NCBI RefSeq assembly: GCF_000281045.1
Contig: NW_008246102.1
Coordinates: 240,992-304,991 of the forward strand
Direction of reading: 5' to 3'
Source of the DNA: Saprolegnia diclina VS20
Taxonomy: Eukaryota
Length of the DNA stretch: 64,000 bases
A model generated the notes under the pieces. That model was not told where the DNA came from. It did not search any database and was given only the letters and a program-made list of their open reading frames with translations. A program made the translations under genes and the position numbers. Within the stretch, counting starts at the first letter, position 1; each line of letters starts with the position of its first letter. Positions 1 through 11,312 of the stretch are shown here, piece by piece.

Positions 1-200
1 CGGCCGAGGTCATCTCGACGCCGCCACTTCATTTCGAGTTCGTCCAGCACCTCCACTTCACCTGGACACAAGCCTGCACGACGGAAGCGCTTGATGGCGC
101 CATTCGCTATGACCGCTTCCTCGTCGAGCACTACAACCAATGGTTGAACTCAGCGATGCCACCGAGAAGCATTTCCTTTGCGGCTTTGACATTTGGACGA
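1..200 (+). pseudogene. Possible degenerate ankyrin-like repeat fragment, truncated at the window edge
   Basis: Frame 3 reads ...FEFVQHLHFTWTQACTTEALDGAIRYDRFLVEHYNQ..., resembling the CTTxAMDxAAxxGHLxVVxFL repeats common in saprolegnian proteins. The similarity is lost afterwards. Confidence 0.3.
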
Positions 201-1388
201 TCATGCGACGGCGCCGCTCAAGACGAGCCCTCGGTCGCGCTCAAAGTGAAGGAGCTCGTGCCAGTCTCTCGTATTTCTACGAGTCGTCAACGCACGAGGC
301 CTTGCGGTCGCTGCTAGATCAAGAGCTCGTAGCATCTGCCACGCAGACACGCAGCTGCCGTACGACCTTTTTCTTTTGCATCTCTCATTACGAATGCGCT
401 GCTAGGCTTGGGCAGTGAAGATTACCCTTCCGCGTCCACCATGGAGCTCGTCATCTTGAAGGCTGAGATAAGACGGGCCCGTCTTGGTCGACACCAACGA
501 GCTCGTCCAGCGCACGCTTCCGTCGCTGAGAATGTGGCCTGAAGGACTCGCTCACCGCCCACGGCGTGCGTCTGCCTAGTCGGTCCATAACTCGACAAAG
601 CACATGACAACAGCGAGTCTTGCATTCGTTAATCTCTGTCGCAGACGGTCGGGCAATCGGGCTGACCACGTCGCCAGAGAGCGCACCAGAGCTACAAGGC
701 GTTGGCGTGCGACGATGGAATGGCGCCGTGAGATTGAGAGCTTTGTTGCCACGAGAAGATGGGCCTCTAAGTCGTGTGATGATTGACCCGAGGCCGCAAC
801 ACCGTCTCGGACGGTCGCAAGTGCCATGTATCATCACAGGCTGGTGAGCGGTGATATAGCCTACAGAGTAAATGCGCTGGCTTATGCTGGAAGGGAGCTA
901 ACGCCGTCCGCTCTGGCAGCCGCGGACGGACGCAATGACCTCAAGTGCGAGAAGCGGGCCATCGGCGGTCGCTAGCGCACCGAGTGATGTGCTCGGAGCA
1001 CGCCGCCTCAAAGTTCGGCGCGCCCTGGTCGTCACGACGTGCGCCCAAGGCGCCAAGGTCCGCCGTCGATGCTATTCCATGCGTCATCAAGCGACCGATC
1101 CGGCTTTTGAAAGCCCGAGATACCGACGCTGTTGACGCCTTGGCTCTAGCAGTGGTCCCACTCGCTTGCAGGTCGATCTCAAGCAGCAAGCAAACTGATG
1201 AAAGCCGGTATGCGATGGCCGCGATGGCCACCATTGACTTTGGGGACTGTGGAGATGGTGCTCGCCTGCTGTTCTACGGGATCGGCGATGAAACTCTCGC
1301 AAAGATCGCCATGTGGCGCCTATCATCCGGATAATATCAAGGGAGAATCCTATGCGTCCGGTTTCAAACATACCAGTACACTCGAGCG

Positions 1389-2770
1389 ATGCCCCAGACC
1401 ACGCCGCCACCCACCGCAGCCGAGACGACGCCGACCACGCCGATAGACGCGTTCCCGGAGGCCACGCCGAGCCGGAAGCGCAAGGCGCTGGACGAGGCAG
1501 CCGGGCAGAAGGTCCGTCGCATGGCATGCACGACCGCGAGCGTCACGTCGTGTCCTATCTTGTAGGCCGTCAAAGCCGTCAAGCCCGAGGCTACGAGCGT
1601 CGTCGAGCAAGCCAAGGCCTTGGCCACGCGTGCTTGGACGTGGGCGCCGTCGCTTCGCGCGTGGCAGCGTACCGCGACGACGGACGCCGACGAGACAGCG
1701 GGCCCGACCATGCCCGAGGTACGACGCACCGACCGTCGAAACGGTGCCAAATCGCCTGTCTTTTCTGCATGTAGGCTGCGTCGTTCGAGTCGATGCTGTC
1801 CGACATTGGTGTCGGCTGCAACCTCGACGATCCCATTCATTGCGGCGCGACGACGGTCGTGTACTACGGCGAGTGCAACTCGAGCGGCGACGCGGTCGCG
1901 ATCAAGGTCCACGCTGCGATCGCAACGGCATAGTGCTCTATATCGCGCGTGTTTTCTAGGCATTGAAGGACATGTCCAGCGGTGGCAATGCGAAGGTCGA
2001 GGCGAGCTTCATGCGGGAAGCGACGCTGCACGCGGAGCTCAAGCATCCCAACGTCCTCTGGCTCCATCATTTCGCTGCGTCGTGGCCCCCGGCGATGGTC
2101 CTGGAGCTTGGCGACGGCACGCTTCTGGAATATGCCCTACACGACGGCCTCCAGCGCGAGCCCGTGGTCGCGCGCTTTGTCAAGGAGCTCGCGCAAGGCC
2201 TCGCTTACCTTCACGGACGTGGCATCTGCCACGCGGCCCTCGATTTGGAGAACATTCTCATGGGCACCGACGTACGACTCATTGTTTTCTTCTTTTCTGC
2301 TCGTTTCTTACGAATGGGATGCTAGGGGCACCTGCGCATCGCCGACTTCGGCGCCGCGTTCCACGAAACAAGCACTCGTGTGCCCCAACCCGCGCCAGCA
2401 ACGTACCCCTACTGGGCCCCCGAGCAGTTCAAGCCCAAGCCGTGGGGCAAGACGGTATGAAAGCCATAATAACGTGGTCTCACGCATATCGTAGGTGGAT
2501 ATCTGGGCACTCGGGGTGATCACGTACGAGCTCCTCATGGGCGACCACCCGTACACCTTTACGCCCTTGGACGAAGGCCACCGTCCCCGCGCCGACTTTG
2601 AGCGCGCAATGCAGACGATTCGGTCCATGATCGAGGTCAAAGTCAACACGTGCCCCGTGCCAGAAGACGTCAAGGACCTTCTCCGGGGTATGCTTGAGCC
2701 GCAGCCCGAGGAGCGCATTTGCCTCGAGGACATCCTCACCCACAAGTGGGTGCGTCGCCACACCGACTAG
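1389..2770 (+). CDS. Ser/Thr kinase-fold protein (CAMK/Aurora-like), probable pseudokinase; multi-exon
   Basis: Spliced reading gives an N-terminal PSRKRKALDE, then VAIK, HAELKHPNV, GLAYLHGRGICHAALDLENILM, LRIADFG, YWAPE, DIWALGVITYELL and ERICLEDILTHKW. About 5 short GT-AG introns. Confidence 0.8.
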
Positions 2771-3010
2771 CATATATGTCTCGCAGCGTATTACTTTATT
2801 CCTAACACTAGCTTGAGTAGATCTTAATGACGTGGCAGCCGGACGCTTACTCACAGCGTTGCCTTCGTCGACCGGACCATGTTCCCTTCGGTCTACCATC
2901 TGCATGTGCAAGAAGACATGGCGTCTGCAATCAAAACGTCGCAAAGAAGTGCTTCGAGACCTTTTTCATTGAAGAGGACGTCATTACCGTCTTAACGTGG
3001 AACTATCGCA

Positions 3011-4704
3011 CTACGCGTCAGTGTGGCGGCGCACCCACTCGTGGGTGAGGATGTCCTCGAGGCATATGCGCTCCTCGGGCTGCGGCTCAAGCATACGCAG
3101 GAGGAGGTCTTTGACGTCCGCCGGGAAGGGTTGCGCCTCGACCTTGCTTTGGATCTTGGACTCGATGGACGGCATGGCGCTCTTGAAGACCGAGAGGGGC
3201 GGATTCGCCATGTCCAAGGGCGTATTGGTGACCGGGTTTTCGCCCACCAGAAGTTCGTAGGTCATGACGCCAAGCGCCCAGATATCCACCTAACACAAGC
3301 GTGGGGCTACGTAATAGAAAGCTCTGTACCGTTGTGTCCCACCCCTCGTCCTTAAAGAGTTCGGGGGCCAAGCCATAGATGTCCCGCGCTTGTACACGGG
3401 AGGGCTTCACTCGTGATAGACAGAGCCAAAGTCGGCGATGCGAAGGTGGCCCTAGCATCCCATTCATGAGAGACGGAAAGAAGATTGAGGCGTACGTCGA
3501 AGCCCATGACAATGTTCGACAACTTGATGTCTGCGTTTTCGACACTTGATGTCTGCGTGGCAGATGCCGCGCCCGTGGAGGTACGCGAGGCCTTCCGCCA
3601 CCTCCTTGACAAAGCGCGCGGCCACGGGCTCGCACTGGGGGCCGTGGATCAACGCAAACTTGAAAAGGTTGCAATCGCCGAGCTCTCCGAGGATGGCCGG
3701 GGGCCACGACGGCAAGAACCGGTAGAACTTCACAATGCGCTCGTGCTCCAGCTGCGCGTGCAGCTGGGCTTCGGCCACAAAGCGATCCTTCTGGGTCTGC
3801 ATCATACTGGCAGTGTCCGACGAATACTGCAGTTTCTAAAGGGCACAATGGACATAGGGTAATACGTCATCGCGGTCGCCGTTTTTACCTTGATAGCGAC
3901 AAGCTTGTCGCCGTCCGAGTGGCACGTGCCGCGATACACGAGCGACGTCGAGCCGATGCCGATGGTGTCGCTTAGGTCACCCGTGACGCCGATGCCCTTG
4001 AGCATCGCCTTGAACGGCATGACCTACGTGAACCATATGCATGCGTCCAGCGATGGTCGAGACGCACATCTGGCAGGTGGAGCGTCACCCAAAGGCGCAA
4101 GTTGTGCATCGGCATTTCTCGTAGGTTCTTCAACTCCGAGACGCCGGTTCCGGTCGATGCGTGGCGCGCCTTCAAATGCCTGTACACCGCCTTCGCGACG
4201 AGCAAAAGCTTTCTGCGCGGCATGGCCTTGATGGCTTCAATGGACTGCGGTGGGACCGCTTCGATAGGCAACGGCTCGCGCAAGTGGCGACACATGACGA
4301 GCTACATACCAAATGCAGCATGAGCTTTACAGTCGCAATGAACTCACCGACCTTGGGCTCAGCCGTTCTTTCTTGTGCAGGGCCTGCCCTTCTTGCACCG
4401 TTGAGACTGCGAACTCCATCGGAAGCGCGTGTCGCATAGAATGCAGCGGCAGCCACGCCCAAGCACGCGCAGCCAAGGCCTTGACCTGTTCGATAACGCT
4501 CGGCAACTCAGGCTTCGCAGCTTTGGCGGCCTACAAGACAGGACATGACGTGACCTGTCGAGTGGCTGCGAGGACCTTCTGCCCCGCTGCCTCGTCTTGC
4601 GCCTTGCGCTTCCGGCTCGGCGCATGCTGCGGCGTCGTGGCTGTCAAAGCAGGCTGCATGGCCTCGGCCTCGGTGGCAGGTGGCATCGCCTTGTGCTGTG
4701 CCAT
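3011..4704 (-). pseudogene. Inverted paralogue of the 1389-2770 kinase, with frameshifts (pseudogene or frame-compensated pseudokinase)
   Basis: Shares PSRKRKAxDEAAGQK, GLAYLHGRGICHA, DIWALGV and MLEPQPEERICLEDILTHxWVRRHTD, plus intron positions, with the upstream copy. Carries a 22-nt duplication at 3515-3558, a TGA in the ancestral frame at 3407-3409 and an apparent 1-nt deletion near 3368. Confidence 0.7.
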
Positions 4705-6090
4705 CTTCGCTTGTTGGTTGTCGAGAATGAGTGTATGTTTGAATCGGACCAATCACCGCACGTCTGCGATTCTACCGTACATTATCCGGATGATTCGGTA
4801 GAAAGACGGCGTGTGATTGGCGCCAAGGAGCGATCTTTGTAGGCGCGAGCGAGATCAATCGGCTAGCATCTCGCCAGACCGTACCAGTGCAACGACAGGC
4901 TACCACCGTCGTCCAAGGTCATACATCATCCATGCCAAGGCTGCGACGACGTCCCAAAGCCTTTGCATCCGGATACAAACGCTCCTTACACAGTACTTTC
5001 ACGCGATTTTTCATTCAAGACGCCAGTGGCCATAGTATCTCACTGCTGCTTCTTCAACCGTGTCTTCACGTGCTCGCAGATCGTAGAGTAGAACGAAGGG
5101 ACCATGGTCCGGTCAATGTAGATGCGAGATGGTGACGCTGTTGCGTACTAGTACGCCTTGGTGAGCACCCTGAGGGTCCGCGCGACTCGCCTGTTCGTAC
5201 TTCACAAAAAGGGTGGTTGATTCTGCAGGTTACCATGCGGAGCTGCAGCACGTGCGAATAGATGCAGAGGTGCCCAGATATTCTCTGCCGGATACCGTGA
5301 CGCGACGCTGTCGCATCGCGCATCGCCGGCATTGAAGCATGGGTAGCGACGATGACGCGCGTCTGCAACGAAGTTTAACAAGCCAGCTTGTTGGCTCTCT
5401 TGACGCCGGCCCGTGCAACGCGTTCTTATTCCCTTTGTACTCCAATTCCATCATTGGACCAAACCGTCATGACGGTATTGTATGACCATACAACACTATT
5501 TCTATATTTCATTCGATGAATTTGATGTCGTGTCGCCAGTAGTCGAGGATGTTTGAGAAGATCGTGGTGGCGTGGCAGTATGGCGCTTCAGCATTGCTTC
5601 AAACTGCAGTGAAGCCTTTCGGGTGACGTCTTTTGGGCGCCAAACGATCGGCTGACCAGCGATGCTTGATACACTATATTGCGTACACTTGATATATTGC
5701 CAGGCATGCTGTGCTGCCACGTACGTATCTGGATGCACTCGTTTGATGACGGGTGAGTCGAACCTTTTCGATGCGCTCGTGCAGCATGATAAGCCCCCTT
5801 GCGCCAAAGAACACCAAGAAGAAGCTGGGTACAGCAGCGTGTACTTGGAGTCGTGCATCTTTGGGCTAGTTCCTCGCACGCTCCGCCTGGCATATTCACA
5901 CTATATATTGCACTTATGGGCATTCTATATCCGCGTTTTGATATAGTATAGTACTGGTGCTGATTAGTGTCTGGACTGAAACATTAATATAGTGTTCTCT
6001 TTGACTGAGCGGTGACCATGCATATATTTGCTGCGAGTGGTCTGCATCCGGACGTCCGGATACGGCCAGATCAAAGCCGTTGGATCCGCG

Positions 6091-6581
6091 ATGACAGCAG
6101 CGCCGTCGAGCGTCCATGCCAAGTTTGCGCTGCCGACCGAGCACTGCTTTGCGCGTCTGCAGCTGTACGCATAAGCTCTTCGATGGCCTCTGATGGGCGC
6201 GGCGATAGGTCGTTGATCGTGCCATTGACCGGCGCCGACAGCTTTGAACTGCAGCCGATGCAAACCAAGCTCGCGCTCTCGTCGGTGCTCAAGCAGGTCT
6301 TTGGCACTCTCGCCGTCGCAACCCACCCATTCGACTTGCTCTCGCACGAGCGCAGCCACCGGACGCTGCACCGGTACTCGTGCATCGTGCGCGTCGAGGC
6401 GAGGTACGCGCTGCCATTCGACTCCATGCGTCTGCAACCACAGTCACGTAGGTCCATGTCGACGCTCTGGGGCGCGTGGGCCATGGTGACGAGCATCGAC
6501 AAGATGCCGTGCAAGGTCGAGGTGCAGCAAGTCGGCGCGACGCTCATGGACCTCGCGTCGCCGCGCTACCTGGACCTGTAA
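6091..6581 (+). CDS. RNase P/MRP subunit, Rpp14/Pop5/Pop8-like; 3 exons
   Basis: Spliced product MTAAPSSVHAKFALPTEHCFARLQLSLIV...LSSVLKQVFGTLAVATHPFDLL...CIVRV...STLWGAWAMVTSIDKMPCKVEVQQVGATLMDLA follows the Rpp14 pattern (ALKDLFG..LDIL..ILR..LWSSLTL..CAFRVIQV...L.L). Confidence 0.7.
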
Positions 6582-7972
6582 GCGAATCATTCCACCTATC
6601 CTCTGCATGTGTCGCCTTGTCCTGGCGTGGGCATATCCACGTGTCTTCTGTTGTCTTGAAGCAGGCCACGTCCGAGCGCATGCGATGCGTCGAGGTCGAT
6701 GCAATCTCGCAGACGCTAGAGCCATAGTAGCGTCTGACGTCCCCTCCTCTTCCCGCCAAGTGTGAGTGCACGTCGAAATCGGCAGGTGGGTGGTTGCATA
6801 CGGCGGTGGCACTTGATACAATCCTGTGAGCTGCAGAAGTCTGCCCACATATCAACCTCTCGCGCTTGCCACTCGGCCACTGTGCCAAGCGACGCAGCGT
6901 TGCTCGCCTAGTGTAGCTGCGTGTGACTGCAGGCACGCCGCCATCGCACCGGGTACTTTGTAGTCTGAACGACGGTGGGCATGGCGAGCTTTGGCACTCG
7001 ACTAGAGTCCAGAAGTGCTGTCGACGGTGCAATTCAAAGAGGAGCCTTGTCGCCGGCCGTAGTATCGCCGGCGGCAGCGATGAGCTGGGCCAATCTCCAA
7101 TCGCTCGTGCGAGACTGTGCTATCTCGTTGAAGCCACGAGGTGACCGAGACAGCCGAGTTGCCAGCGTCAAGCTACCCGTTGAGCGACCTGCACAACTTA
7201 GTTACCTATTCCAGTAGTATCGAGCGCTTCCGACCACGACCCGTTCACTTGCGACCCGTGGGTCCAAGTCGGAAAAAAGAGGCGCCTTGGTTGTTTCACG
7301 TCGTTTGGTGTCACAGCGGGAGTACGTTGTGTGTGGTTGTCTCCCTCCAACCCTATCGAACTACAGGCGCACAGCTGATGGCCACTCGGTCTTGGCAGGG
7401 TTGTGTGTCCACGTAGTACATTAGCAAGGGACGTGCAAAGCAAGACAACATTATGAAGCGATATTAGCCACCATCGCCAGTTGCAAGCTCGTCGACTGAA
7501 GAGTCTACACTTGCCCTAGTCGTCGTTTTGCCTGTGCCAACTTGGTTAGGCAGCGCTATCACTGTGCCAGCTGCACTCGAATATGGGCAAATAGGGTTAC
7601 ACATGCCGACGCCTCCGCCTCTGTCGCGCGCTGTGCAGTCGCGAACGACGCTTTGACACGGCGGCGATCGCAACGTACACGGGAGAAGACGGTTGCTTCG
7701 TACTACGGTACTTTTTTCGGCGTCGATGGCGGTCGATGGCACCGTGTTTTTCGCCAACTTGCGGAAATTTTGTGCAAATCGCGGGATTTTGCGCAAGTAA
7801 CACCCAGTGCACACGATTGTGGGCCGGTAATAAAATAGCGAGCTTTTGTCGCGGCACTAGATGTTTGTATACAACGACCACGGAACGCGACAAAAAAATT
7901 GGAAAAAAGGCCAACTGGATGGATTTTCCAGCCAGAACGCGATCGCACGCCATATTGGCAAGCTCCGGAAGC

Positions 7973-9562
7973 ATGGTCGCCGCCCAAGTCACCGGGACGC
8001 CGGCGCCGACAACAACGCTGACTACGCCACCGACAATGACAACGCCGACGCCGACAAATGACCCGAAAGCAGGCAAGTCAACATCAGATGACCGGGGATC
8101 GACACCGTCCGTGCCGAGCACGGATGGACAGTGCCCGGGCCCTCCATGCAGTGGGTACCAACCGCTCAACGGCGACTTCAAACTCAATGGGAAATGCATC
8201 GCCGAGGAGACCAAGAGCGTACGTGTCTACTGCCCGGAGAAGGAGTCGCCGAATTGCTGCATGAGCAGCTCCGTCGAGAAGAGCGTTGCGAATCTGACGT
8301 TGCATAACGTGTCCACCGTTTTAACGTGCAGTGGCGTGATCTGGAAGCCCATCAGCATCAACTGCTCGACAACGACTGTGCCCGTGAAGGTGACGACAGC
8401 GCCGACGACATCGACGACGGTGCCGGCTACATCGGCGCCAGACGCATCATCATCCAACACGGGCGCGATCGTCGGGTCGATCGTTGGCGTCGTCGCGCTG
8501 CTCGCCGTCGTCTTCTTTGTCATGTACCAGCGCAAGAAGAAGCGCGCGGTGCGGTCGCCCGACTTTCCCGACCACCAGGACTCGTACCTCGGCATCGACT
8601 CGGTGGACGGCGCGCCCAAGGCCGCCAAGGCGTCGCCGCCGCCGCCAGCCAATTCCGCGGCCACGTCGACGTCGACGGTGGTCGCCGAGCCTAAGCCGCG
8701 TGCGCACACAGAGTCGCTCCTTACGCAGCTCTCGCAGCGCGACGACCTCAAGCCGCTCTGGATGGACATTGAGACGCTCAAGACGTCGGCGATCAAGGGC
8801 GGGCACAACCTCTTTAGCTGCAACGTGCGCGGGCAAAAGGTCGCGCTCAAGGGCATGGACTACCCGACGGCCTCCATCGAGCTGCGCGCCGACTTTATCC
8901 GGTCGATCCACGACGTCTGCAAGGTGCAGTCGCCGTACATTACGTCCATCTCGGGCGTCTGCCTCATGAACTTCCAGACGCGGCTCTGCGCCGTGTCCGA
9001 GTTTATGGAGAAGGGCGCGCTCAGCGCTGCGCTCCTCGACGCGACCCTCGTCCTCTCGGACGACCAGAAGCGCATCATGGCCCTCTCGCTCGCCTCGGGC
9101 TTGGCATACCTCCACGAGTCGCACAAGATTGTGTATGGCCACCTCACAAGCGAAAAAGCGCTCGTCAACGCACGCCTCGAGTGCAAGCTCAACGTCTTTG
9201 AGCTCATGAAGCGCGAGTACCTCGACACGCGGCCGTGCAACACGACCTTTGGCGCGTTCGAAGTCCCGTACCAAGCCCCCGAGCTCCGCACCGTGGCGCC
9301 GCCGCCGACGACGATGGCCACGGACGTGTATGCGCTCGGCGTGCTCATTGCCGAGGTCTTTACTCGCGACCGGCCGTGCAAGGCGCTGTACGCAGAGAAG
9401 GGCCTCGTCGCCGGCGACATGTACCTCTACGCCCACGTCGAGACGCCGGCCTTTGACCTCGGCTCGCTTCCGTCTGGCGTCGCCCAGATTGTGCGCCAGT
9501 GCTGGCACATTAACCCCGCAAAACGCCCCACCAGCAGCGCGGTCGTTGCAGCGCTCAAGTAG
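7973..9562 (+). CDS. Single-pass receptor-like TKL pseudokinase with a Thr/Pro-rich and Cys-rich ectodomain
   Basis: Intronless ORF. TM helix GAIVGSIVGVVALLAVVFFVMY is followed by QRKKKR, then a kinase fold (VALK, VSEFMEKGAL, GLAYLH, YQAPE, DVYALGV, CWHINPAKRP). The start codon is uncertain (7919 or 7973). Confidence 0.85.
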   Translation: MVAAQVTGTPAPTTTLTTPPTMTTPTPTNDPKAGKSTSDDRGSTPSVPSTDGQCPGPPCSGYQPLNGDFKLNGKCIAEETKSVRVYCPEKESPNCCMSSSVEKSVANLTLHNVSTVLTCSGVIWKPISINCSTTTVPVKVTTAPTTSTTVPATSAPDASSSNTGAIVGSIVGVVALLAVVFFVMYQRKKKRAVRSPDFPDHQDSYLGIDSVDGAPKAAKASPPPPANSAATSTSTVVAEPKPRAHTESLLTQLSQRDDLKPLWMDIETLKTSAIKGGHNLFSCNVRGQKVALKGMDYPTASIELRADFIRSIHDVCKVQSPYITSISGVCLMNFQTRLCAVSEFMEKGALSAALLDATLVLSDDQKRIMALSLASGLAYLHESHKIVYGHLTSEKALVNARLECKLNVFELMKREYLDTRPCNTTFGAFEVPYQAPELRTVAPPPTTMATDVYALGVLIAEVFTRDRPCKALYAEKGLVAGDMYLYAHVETPAFDLGSLPSGVAQIVRQCWHINPAKRPTSSAVVAALK

Positions 9563-10628
9563 GACGCGCTCCTTGCTTTTATTCCATCACGAACGATTGT
9601 GTTTATACAAGATGTCTGCACCCGTTTTGCCAGGGAGATTTGGAGGCGGCAAGGGGTAGGGTAGTATCTAGGGGTAGGTCAACGTGGCGCGACAAAGCTC
9701 TCAGAACTAATTGGGACGACATCGTGCTGTCTCTGTAGTCTCTGCGCTTGTGGGTTGTGGATGGACCCTGAGCTGCCCGACTGCTAGGGAATGTACTGTG
9801 TTTAGAAACAAGCTCGAGTTAGTAGAAACGAGCTGCTGCAACCATGTCCCCTCCTAGTGGCTTCTCGGTCAGTCTTAGTGGCTTCTCGGTCGGACGATAT
9901 ACTGATCGACTGATACATCACTGTGTCCTGAGGTAGAGGTTGGAGAGCTGTGTGGATATGACTATACAGCTCGTCGCCCAAGTCTTAGAACGTTCTGCAG
10001 CGACCAAGGGCACTCGAGCGTCAAGAGATGAGCGTCAGCGACTAAGAACAGCGGCACGTGCTGCGAGCTCCTTGTCCTCTTGCATTCAACTCGGTGACGG
10101 CAAAACTCGCTCCGAGGACAAACTTGGTGCATTGACCGAGGCGTCCACGTTTACGATGCACAGAGGTACGAGTGCGGCAAAAACACTGTACTAGACTATT
10201 TGAACCGAGTACAGTATTAGCTGTCGTTTCCAAAGCCAACCGAGCTGCTTCAGCCCACTCGAGTCCGCGCGCAACCATCTGCAGCGCTATCGCCTTCGAG
10301 ACGCGTAGCATCCCATCCAGCATCCAAGCACACCTTGTCGCTGCGACAGACAGAGGCCAAAAGGATGATTCTGCTGCTTGACTAGATGTACAACGTCAAC
10401 ACGAGCGGCGGACAAGGCTACGAGCGGGTGGTAGTACCACGAGGATGGTGGCACGTAGGTTACTGCAAGAGGATACGGAAGCAGCCCATCGGGGTCGTAG
10501 CTCGAGAGGGTGTTAGAGAAGAAGACGATCGCTTGTGGGAAATATCGGAACCTCTGGTATATTGTCGTCGTGTTATCATCACCACTGGCGGGCTGCTGAA
10601 GTCAGGACAAGGGACAACGCCAATACAT

Positions 10629-11312
10629 TTAGAAGCGGAGCTTCTTGAAGAAGAACGAGACGCCAGCGGCCTTCTTCTCCGACTTGCACGCAGCCTGGTT
10701 GAGGTAGCGGTCCTCGAAGACCTTCTTGATCGTCTTGCGCGACTCGATGCGGGCCTCCGGCGTGGCCATGACTTCCTCATCGAGGACCTTCTTGAGGTCA
10801 ATGTCGGCGACGTAACGCGTGGGCATGATGTGCGTGTAGTTGACCGCCTTGACGAACGGCTTGACCTTGGAGCGCTTGGCGACCTTCTTCTTGCCCATCG
10901 AGCGCGTGATCTTGCGGGGGTAGCGGTCGATACCGGCGACGATGGCGTGGCCGAACTTGCGGTCGCCGTGGCCCTCATCGTACGTCTTGACGACGATGGC
11001 CTTGCGGCCGGCGTAGCGGCCGTTCAACAACACAACAACCTTCCCGTTCTTGACACTACAAGAACCATGAGCTTCGTCTGCGCGTCGTTGATGGCGCAAT
11101 GGCAGCAAGGACGACGACGACTACAACAGCGGCGACAGCAAGATATTGCGTCGGATGGCAGCCTTCGCCGCCACGTTGGCGCATGCTGCGCACACCTAGA
11201 GAACCGCGCTGGCGTCGTCTAGCGCATGTCGACGCCACATCCGTGTCGTCGTCGTTGTCGTCGTCGTCGTCGCATGCCATTGCTGTAGGTGGTAGTTCAC
11301 TTACATGCCCAT
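10629..11312 (-). CDS. RPL27: 60S ribosomal protein L27 (eL27); exon 1 11305-11312, exon 2 10629-11055
   Basis: MGIVKNGKVVVLLNGRYAGRKAIVV...GIDRYPRK...KPFVKAVNYTHIMPTRY...FFFKKLRF, with a GTAAGT donor and TAG acceptor. Confidence 0.97.

Noticed and set aside
5502..5879. VIKRVHPDT resembling histone H2B (KQVHPDT)
   Set aside because: The surrounding residues do not fit a histone fold; likely chance.
9856..9892. Direct repeat TAGTGGCTTCTCGGTC x2; also a 15-nt tandem at 24428-24457
   Set aside because: Only two copies with no spacer array; ordinary slippage duplications, not CRISPR.
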